From the NCBI GenBank assembly GCA_964658305.1, contig OZ210884.1:1178001-1242000 (forward strand): a stretch of 64,000 bases of DNA. Reading direction: 5' to 3'. Positions 1 to 12,800 of this stretch are shown in pieces; positions within the stretch are counted from its first letter, which is position 1; each line of letters opens with the position of its first letter. Under the pieces are notes generated by a model that made no database searches, was not told the origin of the DNA, and saw only the letters and a program-made list of their open reading frames with translations. The DNA comes from Leptogorgia sarmentosa (lineage: Eukaryota). Both the position numbers and the translations under genes were made by a program.

Positions 1-809
1 AAGTAATTATTTTTAAAGTATTTTTAAAGCTATGAATTGAATTTTTCGTACGCTTCGGAATTTCTCGCAAAAAACAGTCACTTTATAGTTTCTGAGCTTT
101 TCGACTTAAATTATATTTTGTTTATACATCACAGTTTGTACTTTTTAGTGGCAGTTTGTACCAATGTTTTATACAATTAGACAACACGCCCTCGTTGTTT
201 AATTGTTAAATATCTTAAACCGAATGAACCGAATTTCATTTTATGTGGAAAAAAATATGATGTTATAAATACACTATTTAAGCGCTTAAAAATTGGATCC
301 TGAATTGAAATACTGTCTCCTCCCTGGGAACAAATTTAGACAAATGTGTCGTCATCGGTCAGATCTATATTCCTAGTTCCATTGGCTGGGCGAATTTGAC
401 CTAGGGGAAGAAACCAACCATATTTTGGTGCAAATCTGTTCCCAAAGTGACAAATTTTCCTTTCACTTCACGGCCAGATTTCGCCGAAATAGCTAATGAA
501 CATCGTGTTTTCAACCGCCAGTCAACAACTGTAAACGTTTACGTTTTTTATATCCTTAGAAATAATTTTGGAATAAAAATAAAATGACGTTTTCTGAAAG
601 TATTTCTAAAATATATCAAGTTACATTAATTTTATTATCAAGCTGGCTTTAATAAATAAATAATTAATTGCTAATATAGCTATAGGCAATTTCAAAATAA
701 AAATATACATATAGAAACATGCATTAGACAACACTGACAACAAATACGTCGCTCCTTTCATCAAAGATCGATTTTCTTCCCGCAATTTTCATTCATAAAA
801 CTATTTCAG

Positions 810-3800
810 GTTCTGGATGTGGAAGCTCTGGAATGGTGTTTGCAGCAATTGGAGCCAAAGCCTGAAGATCTACATAACGCTGAAAACAGACTGATCTGGT
901 GTAACCGAGTTCAATCCATCCGTCCTATTATACAAGTTATGAAAACGTTTAATTCAAGACCTCCGCAAGAGCAAAAGGTCGTTGGTACCAGTGGAGAAAG
1001 ATTCCATGAACAACTTTTTAGTGATCGATCCGCTCATATTTTTAATGACTGCAGGTTTGTAGTAAGCCAGTGATACAAATGGCCATTTCCCGCTTCAAGC
1101 GCACCGTATCGTAACGGAACGGAGCATTTTGTTTTGTGTCAAAGTCGTTAGACCCACTTCCCACTTAGAAAACAAAGACGAACGATACGTTTCGGCACGA
1201 TTAGGGTGAAGTGGAAAACGGCCTTGATGGCGCAACATCATCAATGCGTAAGGGCGCCGCATAGTGTATGCAAGTGCGGTTGTGCGTCTCGACGTCATAT
1301 TATATGTGGTGTTTTTTGTTAATATTTGGTTTAAGGTTTGAATTTAAGCGGTAAACTATTTTTCTTTATTTGCACATTAATTACACTGTTGTTTACATCG
1401 TGGCGCAAACACGAACGTTGCAAGCGACAAAGCAAGTTTTTGTAAAATATAAATACGATAGAAGTTAAAAACTTTACCTTGAAGGTTCTTAGTGACCTCG
1501 TTTTGATAATTTTAGTCTAATTTTTTCCCTTTGTTGCATGCTATAACACTCCATTTTCCAGTCGCTTCGTTCATATTTATGGCGGCTGTTCGGTAAGCCG
1601 CCATTTTGAAAAAAATTTAACAAGTGAGTGTCGAGAATCGAACTTTTACGACCAATCCTTTTGCAGAAAATGCTCTAGTCCTTAAAATTGATACTAAACT
1701 TCAATATGTGACCAGTGTAGGTAACAGAAAACAATATCAAAATGCAGCAGAATGACAACCCATCCTCCAAATGATACACTACTCATTGAAATAAACTTGT
1801 GTTCTCATGTAAACTTTTCTGATCACACATCATGCACAAACCACATGTATAGAACATATTGTGTTTGTATTCCAGAACAACTTGGATTCGTTTGGATGTT
1901 GTACGCATGTTTATTGAACACACCTGTCCACAGGGACTATCAAACCACCCAGCTGATGCACAGAACGCTCTGCGGCTATTTAAGGTAAACCAACTTTTCT
2001 TTCCAGACCGCGTCTTCGTAGGCCTTCAAAAGAACTTTGTCGGCCGGCGAAATCAAATTTAACAACTGCCCCTCGCATGCAATTCCGGCCCATGCATTCT
2101 CTTAATGTAGTAGTAAGGTATAATAACCTTTCTCCAGAAAAAATTATGTAGTCCTAAAGTCGAACAAGTATGGGTTGCAAAGAATTGAGAAGTAGTTCTC
2201 TTATTTTTGTGAATTGAGATTGTCAACTGATTAGAAAATATGAATTTAAAAATCAGCACGCTTGACATGAAGTCAGGACTTTTCTCATATTTTGCCTTGT
2301 GTTTGTATGCATCCCCACAGCAGTTCGAAGGAATTAGGCCTAGTTTGTACGTCGCTTTGGTGTCGGACATTTGTCGCGTCAAATGCAATTCAAACAATAG
2401 GTGGCGAGGTGTCTTACCTTATTTGTTTGAATTGCCTTACATTGTTTGAATTGCATTTGACGCGACGAAAGATCGAGATTAGTGCGACGTATAAACTATA
2501 TGCCTTGGACTATTCAAAATGATACAACAATCTACATAAATTTGAATTTTGAAAGAATTCACTGTTTCTATACACCCTATACATTTGAACAATCTGAGTT
2601 TCTTTCGAGGGCCAGTTAAATTTCTCCCTATCAAAGGCATGATCCATAAAATTCCAACTCCAAATGGAAGGCAGAAACCATTCAAATTACTTTGAAACTA
2701 CCCATCGATCCATGTTGATCAGATCTGACAAATAATTTACAATGAGAGGTCTTGGAACATTTGTATAATATATACCTTTCTTATTTCTGCAGGATTTAGG
2801 TGGAGATCTAGATTTTTCATCTGTTCATACTGTAACGGCAATTGAAACGTTTTTAAAGAGTTGCAGTGAAGAAATGAGCAATCGACTACTCATGTATGTA
2901 CTGATCAGCCTAAAATTGTCAATTAATTGAAATCAATTTAATGTGATAGAGTAATGTCGTCGGTATGATATCAAGTTGCTTTTTTCCTGTTTGCACGAAG
3001 AAATTCGCATGGTAGAAAAACCAGCTTTATTCGACATGTTTTACGGCACCACGAAGCTGAAGGTGAAAACAAAATTTTGAGCATTTTAATGAGAAACGAT
3101 TTACTATATATAATGAATTATATTGGATCATATGGTTTTTCTGTAACCCATGATGTTGCTCAATTTATTGAGTTTCTTGACAAATAAACTTTTGGTACCA
3201 AATTCAGAACACCCAAACCAGTTCGTAATCAACATGCTTTTTACTAACTACTTCAAACACCGTCAGGGTACTGATTTACATCGGGGTTTTTTTTGGAGAG
3301 TATCTATTTTGGAGACTATTTAGAAACTATCTTTCATGAGTCCTTTCCACTACCCTTTTCCACGTTTTCCTATAGGTTTGATGCCAATCAGTGTGAAATT
3401 TGTAAAAGTCCTTTGGAAGATCCAGTTCAAATGCCATGCCGACATGTGTGTTGTATGCCATGTGCAGATGGTTGGTTTGAAGACCATGACGTATGTCCTT
3501 TATGCAGGGACGAAGTTGGTGCAAACTTCATAGTTGAAGTCGATCAAAGATGCAGGTACATGCAGTTTTAGTATAGGAAATTGCACGTTTTCATTTCGCA
3601 AATATGAAGGAAAAATAAAATCGGTTAAATATTTTAAATGAGTATAATATTGTATTATACGATATTGCATTTGAATTTGAAAGCAAATGTGATATCTTTC
3701 CCGTTCGTAGTTAATGCATTGACTTGACTATGTCTCGTCTAGCAACTTTTGGATGTCTTCATTCGCAATCTTGGGCGAATTTGTTTTCCTTGCGTTTCGA

Positions 3801-6800
3801 ATAGTTAGAAATTGAAAATTCGCAAACGTCTGTTGAATATATAATTATATCGCTAGTTTAAATTCGCTAATGTTGAATATATATGTCGCTAGTTTATCCC
3901 CCTATATCCGATGGTTACGGCGTGATAACTTTTATTTTGGATTTTGTTTTAAAGACATGCTATCGAGGTCTACAACAGTTTCCGTAACCGCTGCAAGTCA
4001 TTTTTCATGGAGCTTGTCTCGCTGTATTGCTTCGGAGAGCAGTTGCCGAATCCCGATCTTGTCCGAAAATTTATAAGCTACGTCATCAAGGATGAAAATA
4101 GCACTGAAGATTTCACACCGTTTGATGGGCAAGGAATTGATGTTTGTCCTGTTATCAGATCTTATATTTTGCAGCAACTCCTGGCAATAAAGGAGAGGTG
4201 CGTTTTCAAATTAATCACTTGTGTATTGCGATTTTTGATACTGGGTAGGTTTTACCTGTAATATTAACAGGTGATTATTAGTGGCGAGTGATCATCTAAG
4301 TGAATGATTATTTTAGCTTTGTAGTGAACGACATAGCCAATAATTTTCAATGGAACGGATTTTAATTTTGTTAAGTAAAAGTTTTATAGTCTGCTGATAA
4401 TATATGGACTGTTTTTTAGAGAAAAAGAGGTATCTGATCATTTGGAAGAATACCTCCGTCGTGCAAGTGGTTTGGCAGAGAAACGAGAAGACTTGATCGA
4501 AGTTTGCGTTTTGTGTGTACAGTGTATGGAGGTAGGTCTGTCCAGATACATTTATTACGTACGAAGAAAATTGTTATGGTTAGGGTTAGGATCAGGATTA
4601 TGGTTAGGATTAGATTTAAGGATTAGATATTAATGTTGCAGAAACATTTTGCTTCCTGTCAATGTCTCCCAGTTTTCCCACCACGGAAAACGTTGGGGAA
4701 GCAAAAATGTTTCCCAATAAATTCAGAAACATGTTTGTTGCGGAAACAATGTTTTCCAGTTTGCCCACATGTTTGCAGCGCAAAAAAATGATGCTATACA
4801 TCATGTAAGCAATATTTTAGATTTTACACAAACCGTTATAAATTTTATGGGCGAAAAGAAATTCGGTAAGACATATGCATTTTGAATTACAATCAGCATA
4901 TTTCTTGTTGTTTTTTCTTTCATAAAATATGGTGTTAATTATCTTACATTTTTCATTGTATTGATGCATGTGACGTTCGTTTAAGACATTGAAAATACAC
5001 CGTGCTTTTTCTTTTACGTCTATAATCTTTAATTCTGGTCCAGCTTCTTTTTCATTGCCACCTTTCTGTCTAAGATGATTTTCACCGCTTTGCCACCACG
5101 CACCTAACCCGTCTATTAAGTAATAAGTATTGGCAATAGTATGGTTTCGAGTGCAATTTGGAATTAACATGCACGAGTGAGTTTTCCAAAGACCTCAAAA
5201 TATTATATCATATATTTGAGGTTTTTGGAAAACACACGAGTGTATGTTATCCAAATTGCATGAGAAACCATACTATTATACTTGTTAATAGTTTGCATAA
5301 TAGTATTCGAGACAATTCACCGACAGAGAATTCTTGCTTAGTTTATTTCACATCTTACAGAGATAACGGTTTCAAAAATTCACCCAAGCACGTAACTTTT
5401 ATTAGTCTTGTTTGAGATAAAGTTTTTTCCGCCATAAGAAAAAGATAAAAGCTATATTTTCGACCCGAAGACAATTTTTGCTTTGTTTAGCGCGGTCGCC
5501 ATGTTTGTTTTGCTTTGAAGCAATCTGTATAGCTTGAGCTCTAATTTGATTGGTTCAAACTGATAACACAAAATTGCACTTTGATAATAAAACGTTGCAC
5601 TGTGATTACAGAAAATTGCACTGTGATGACACAAAATTACACTGTGATTACACAAAATTGCACAGTGGTTACACGAAATTGCCACTGTGATTTGGGATTA
5701 ACTGCACTGAAATGAACCAATCACAGTCGGGTAATACTTTTATGTATATTATTAGCAGTGTTACCAAACTTAACTGAAACTTTTTGACGTTCTTTTCTTC
5801 CGTAAAGGATGTGGAAAGAGTAAAATTGTTGAAAGTCAGAGAACATGGAGCAAACACTCAGATTACTATGGCAAGCAAGAGCCTGAAAAGAAAGATGCAG
5901 ACACTTCAACATGTCGCACGTTCACCAAACGCGGTGAATATGGAGAGTCTTAACGATGTCGCTGTCATAAGAGCTGCATTGGAGGCACTTTCTACACACT
6001 TAAGTGACGAGTTTGATGAAAATATGAAACGTTTCGAAGCTCTTCCAACATGCCTTGAAGCAGCAAAACATCTGTGTAGTGATCCAAGTCGATCTGCTAT
6101 GCAGCTGTTTTTATTGAAGCAGTTAGTTCGCCATGACCCTAATGGGTTTGATGCTGTAAAAGAAAGATGTAAAAGAGAAGAACTGAAATGGATTATGCCA
6201 ACACAAGCAGAGGTAAAACGAAATATTTTTATTCCCGTAAAGGTTTAATAATGTTCAGAGTTCGGTTATTCGTGGCCCGTTTAGCGTAAAGGGCGGGTAA
6301 GTCAAATTTAAATTACACTCCCCTTCGTGTTGTGAATGGCTGAACATTAATTTTGAACACTAAATATGTAGATGCATACATAAGATTTCCTTTCAGACTG
6401 AAAAAATGATTTCGATGAGTTTCAGGTAATTTTTACTCCTACCACTTTTTCTATGATTAGTTGTTATTAAATTCTGTAATATTACCATAGATTTAAGAGC
6501 CACACTCGTCTTGAAACTATTAAATTTGATGTCGTGACCAAGTGGATCCGGTACCGTGTAAACGCGGTCATAGACTTGCTTGATAATCAGGACTTATCCA
6601 CCAAGCTAAACGAGCTACGAACAACCAGCCCCAGGAGAATATATCTTTCGAAGTAGGATGTACTGGCTGGTGGCTTTTATAGTAAAATGACGTATTATAA
6701 CAAATGAACAAATTTGAAATCGCTGTCAACTTTGCAGAACCGCTCGAGGTATGACTCTTTTTTAACAGTTGACAAAAAGCTCGCGAACAAAATTTGAAAA

Positions 6801-9800
6801 CATAAGATCATTTTCGGTTAATGGATGGAAAATTTTTTGAATGGAAAGATTAGCTTTGTGCATGCTTGGATGATGTACGCTTTTTACGTAATTTTTTTAA
6901 AAAAGTCCTATATAATTGTAATTAAATTTCAAATTTGATGCGAAGAAGACCCCTGGGACCCGCACACCCCTGGGTTATGACATTTGTCTATTCTACACTA
7001 TAAGTGCCTATATATATGCAATAAATATCAGATTAATATCAATCTAGTTTTTTTATATGAATCCAGTGTCAGAATTATGCAAATCGAGTTTTTCATATCT
7101 CTGAGGATGCTTCTGAAATAGAATTGAAACATTGCGCATCCTCAAAGACAGGCGTTATATTGTCATGAAAATATTTCATGCATGCAATTAAATTGGATAA
7201 GACTCGTTACCAATCCCAGTTGACTCGATAGCTCAAATCGTTGAGCAGCGGCCCAGATACCCGAAGATGCGAGTTCAAATCCCGCTTGAGACAACGAATT
7301 TTTCGTTGTTCTTCTGCAGTGTCAGATTAATATGAATCTAGTTTTATATTATAGTTATATAAGTACCTAACTATAAACGAAGGACACTCGACTCGCTTTT
7401 CGAAGTTGGGAGTGAATTTTTTTCACGTTTTATATATGCACTCCTTCTAAGGTCATTAACGCGTCCTCATTTTTCAGTTAAAGTTCAGTAATTTTAAATG
7501 AGAGTTTTTTTGGAAAAGTCATGCATATTAGGGTTTTTTTCCTGAGAGTTTTATCGCGATCGGGAGATATTGAGACTCGACTGAAAACCAAGTAACAAGA
7601 ACTAGTTGTAGAGCTTCTTACAATAAACTCTCGCAAGCCTTTTCCTCGAACTTTTACTTTCACTTTCCAATGTATACACACCGCAAATACACGACTAACG
7701 GTGCTTTTAAAAGCTTCAAATACAACTACAATAAATATTGACAAAAAATACTGTACGTTAACTTTCTATACTAAGAGTACTGCTCCAATTAAATTTCATT
7801 TATTTTTTGAGATCCGTTCTGGGGCCGGTTGTACAAAAACGTAGTTGGAGTTAACTATAGTTAGTGCGAAAGTTAACCAATCAGCGACGCGTATTTCAGA
7901 GTTAACTCCCATTAAAACGGGTAGTTCTCTTGGATAAAAAAAATGTGACGAAATGGGTTTTATACTTGAGATGGGCAACTTGGTAAACTTTGCCCAGCAA
8001 ACACTGGCCCAAAAAACTTTATTCTTTAATATTCGCATGCAAGTATATAAGCTCTTCAGTAAGTTTAGCAAGCTAAAAAGTGCTCATCTTTGATGTAGCT
8101 ATTCAGAGCAAGTTTATCGAGATATTTTTATTGAATTCTTAGGAGGAAGATGACACTCCAGATATTTTTATCGTTCATCATGAGAATTACCACATTGTGC
8201 GGGAGGCTTTTGGCGAAGTAAAACTTACATGTACCACCGATAACCTAAATGCAGTTATTCAAGTAAGTTTTAGATTTAGTTATGTGTGTACATTCAGTCT
8301 ATGTCAATTCATTGATTATTTTAATACCATTACTAGCTAGAGCAATGTAATCTTACAGAGAATACCAACAGGATCAGGGTTATAATTATAGTAATTGTGA
8401 TATTAGTGGTTCGCGCCGTCTAATTTAGAATTTTCAGAATTGCCCTTCAAAAGTATTAGAGAAACTATAAATATTTTATGAGTTATCAATATCTCTATTC
8501 CTAACCGTGAACAGCTTTTGGTTTAACAAGTCAGCTTATTAGAAGGAATTGTATTAGTACAGCTTATTAGTAGAAATGTATTTGTAGTTAATACATCTTT
8601 CCCGAAAGCCTTTGTGAGTAAACTCGAAATCAGGGCTGAATCGTGATACTCTTTTGCTACTGTTTGGTATCGGCGCAGTACCCATCACAATTTTAACATC
8701 TTCCACCATCTCTGATTACCTTTTGATATTTTTAACATAAATCAAAATTGTTAGTAAGGCATCGCTTTCGAGTTTAGTAAGGTTGGTTTTCCAGTGGGAT
8801 ATAGTACCAAGCAATGCATTTTTTGCAGGACCTTCAGGCTCAACCACCTGCGCGTTCTTGCTACGTTTTACTGGCCTTGTTCCGAGAAATAACGTCAACC
8901 TTCTCACAAGTAGACGAAGGTGGAACAATTCCTGATAAGGTAGGTTTTAGCTATGGGTTGGCCACACGGGGTCTTTATCATTTGGTTAGGTCTTGCAGTC
9001 ACTCTAAAAATATTAATATTCTGTTATGCGAATATTCAAAAGCTATGTTTACACGCTACGATTTGTCGGGCACGATTCGCAGTCTGGCGTATGTAATCGA
9101 ATGAACACGCGCGAGAATGTCGCATTTGAAATTACGGTTCAATTATGTTCCAAATCGCAGCGTGTAAACGTACCTTAAGTAAGTTAAGGTGAAGATTAGA
9201 GGCGGTGTGCAGATAAACTAATGCCTTATAAATTTTGAGGTAATTATAGCATTTCCTGCAATCGATTGGTCAGCCTTTATAGCTGGCCCAGTAATTGTGA
9301 AATGTTTCCAAAGTGGCGACCTACTGTGTTCCTGTCAAGAACGAACATAGTTGAAAATTTGAGCATGATATCTTGCAATAAAGAGCAAACAGATCAAAAT
9401 TATGATAAAATTCATCTGGAATATAATAATCTCATATGAATATTATAACAATGTCATGTCATGAATACAATATCAGGTTTGTTCGGATGAATCTAGGGCA
9501 TGATATGAATTATAACTTTATGGGAAATTTGAATAATACTTATTTGTTTGGTATAGTTTCTGGAAAATCTCGATGAGTATGTGATGCGAAGTCAATATTT
9601 ACCCATCGAAGTAAGTTAATTAAAACGTTTTTAATCGATCGAAATAAAAATATGTTTTCTTGTTTTTAATTTTTTATATCCATGCGTACTGTAGAGTATT
9701 TTGTATGTAGCTCTCATTAGGTTTTAAAGGGTTAGTTAGATATAAATTGATGTTCTGATATCTTCTTTTAGGTAAAGGAGCTAGCCCGAAATCTTCTGAC

Positions 9801-12800
9801 AAATTTTGAAAACGCTCGCGGGAACTTTCTTCGGCAAAGTCCGGATCAACTTGGTAATGATAGACGACTAATTGAAGTATTAGTCCATTTTCTCATCGTC
9901 ATGAAATGTTTGCCTCAGAATCGTTTGCTGCAACCTCTTGCGAATCTTGCCTGTAATCCTGCTTTAATGATGGTAAGAAATAATTTTATCTATAAATTTC
10001 TATTATACATCCATTGTCTTCATCTTCGGGAAGTAGTTTCTTTAAGTTTCATTAACACTTTCAACTTTTGCTGCGTTTGCTAGTGCGATTTTCTGCTTTT
10101 CATGGATGTGAACGAGTAAACTTGTTACAAATGTTATGGTGAAGAAATATGCACTCCGAACGTTCGTTATATAACTCGGACAAAATGGCAGCGAAAATTG
10201 CAAGGTCTTATAACTAAGATTTGAGGAAATTAATACAATAAAAATTTCAGAACTCTCTCTTGTCTCGAAACAAACGATGACAGTGTTATCACACGATGTC
10301 ATCACACGATGACAAAAGCGGAATAACGGAATAGCGAAAAGCAGCGGGAAATAGCTGTGTTTACATAATCTCACATCAACACCGCTGTTAGCCAATCACG
10401 CGCGCGCAGTCTTTTTCACTTACTTCCGGTTATTTTATAAATTTATTGATTATATAGAATGCGTTTATTCCTACAATGCCTCATGATGATGGCCCTGAAA
10501 TTATGCAGGCAAAGATGGAAAAGTCGCGATGGTATGGTAAGTCGATTAGTATAATATCTGAAGTTGATAACGACCTAGGAGCTGGTAATGTTGACTTATT
10601 AAGACCTTTGCTGTATATTTCTGCATCTCAGTGGTTCACGTATTGGTATGTATGTTTGCACATAAAATTTCCATTCGAGTAAAATAACAATCCTGACTGG
10701 CTGGCTGGCTACCTTATCCACAGTTTTTCTCGATAGATAGTAAGGAACAAAACAGGCATTATCCTAATGGATGCATATCATCCCTCCGAAATTTTTACCT
10801 CTTCTAGATTTCTAAACAATGTTATCTGGCAAACATTACTTGCATGCACATTAAATCTAAAACCATTCTATACCGTCGCAATGTGAAACTGCATACACAG
10901 TTCTTCGACCCTATATTATTGTTAAGTGCTGCTGTTTGAAAGACAAGCAGGAGCAGTGCCTGCAGTGGCGTAACTTTGAGATCGGATGCCCCGGAAACCT
11001 TCCCCGAAAATTCACCGCTAGGGCTCCAAGTTTGTGTTTTCTTGTTTCTGTTTTTTTTTATTTTTGTTGGTTTTCTGTGTTTACACGCGTATACTTCTCA
11101 AGAGAAAAACGCTCATAGAATAAGGTCATAGGCCGTCACTCACCACCATGATTGACGTCCACAAAAATTTTTCAAGAATTTGAATTGTCTTGGGAAGTCT
11201 CTCGCTTTCTGGGATTGGGTGCCTGCAAGTCAAGATGGATCATCACCACTCTCTTGTCGCTTTGACTATATGAACATTTTCCGAGTAGTTTAGAAGTAAA
11301 TTTTGAATCTCACTCAACTCATATGAGAGTGTTACCTGAAAGCCAGACCGTCTGGGTACCCCTGGGTCTACCCCGCTAGTCGAAGTAAGAAGCTTTATCC
11401 AAAAATCTATAAATGACTCTGTGTCTTCCATATTGTTTTTTTCTCTGCGAACTTTCGTCTTGTAGGTACAATTCCCTGTTGTACGATTTTTATTGCTTAC
11501 TCGTTGATTCTTTACAATTCACTGACCACCAAAATCTGTATAATTATGTATAATTGATTCTGTTAAATTATAGAGTGCCCAAATGGACATCGCTATATCA
11601 TTACAGAAGTAAGTATTGTGAACTTACATGCACATTACAAGTGAATAATGCTTCACAACGATGTTGAGTAATTCCCAGTACACAAATGGCCCATTCCCCA
11701 ATTAGACAAAATTTTGAAATAGGTAAATTCGTTACTTCAAATTTTCACAACTGGAAGTAACATCCTAAATTTGGTATAACTGTGAAGTTTGGTTGCAAAA
11801 TATCATAAAATGTAGAAACTACATAGTCATGTATTCTTTTCTATTAGCTATGTGCAAAAAAGCGCTACCAGATTTCGAGAACTGGTATACATTTTCGAAT
11901 CAGAAGTCATTAAGTCATGCTTATTAAAACTATTCATGCTAAATTACTGCAACATCCTTTCTCGTATAAAGATGCATAAGATCATATCACGTTAGAAAAC
12001 TATTGCAGCCTTGGACCATTTCCACACTTTTCGAAACAAATTTGTGTCCTTAAAGCTTGTTCCCGTCACAGAACCGTCTTTGAACATTTTGCAAAGCCTT
12101 CGTAGTATGTAACAATTGATTTTATATATCCTTTAGTGTGGAAACCCCTACCAAAACTATAATTGTCCAACATGTAACGCCAGTATTGGTGGTGAAAACC
12201 ATGTTCTAGCAGCGAACAACAGGGATGCATCAAGGTGAGCGTATGATAAGATAAAGAAGTCAGAAGACATAGTTTTCTAATTGTTATCTATCGCGCGTGA
12301 TGACGTAATTCTCGTGGAAAATTCATATAGTTATATGATTTGTTTTGTGCTATCGGCTTATTATCTCAACTGAATTGATAAATATCTATGAACTCAACAT
12401 ATGTGTCAATAATGGGCACACCCTTCTCAGGGGTTCCTTCGGTCAATTTTTCTACTTTTGCTCTGAAAATTTTGTCCGAAAACTCATTATTATATTAAAT
12501 GCTGTAGCGATGATTTATTTAATTCTTCCCTGTTTTACTTTTTTCTTATTACAATCAGCCAAGATCGAAGTACCACTGGTCACATTCTTGGACGTGCCCA
12601 AGCTCAACCTGAAGCCGTAACATCCGAACGGAATTTAACTCCTTTGGCTTGTGGAGTATTACGATGTCTGACGCATATCGCCATGTTGTTAGGGACAGAC
12701 GAGAATATCCAGGTACGTCAAGGCTCACATATCCTGTGAAATCACGCGAAGTGGATGGTAAAATTGGATTATAAAATAACATGTATATAACGTGTGATCT

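Noticed and set aside
4573..4626. Interstitial telomere or chromosome fusion site
   Set aside because: Only one or two perfect TTAGGG units in a short degenerate run; such motifs are common inside invertebrate repeats.
7222..7293. Functional tRNA gene
   Set aside because: A and B boxes are present, but acceptor and anticodon stems pair poorly and it sits within a repeat monomer; treated as tRNA-derived.
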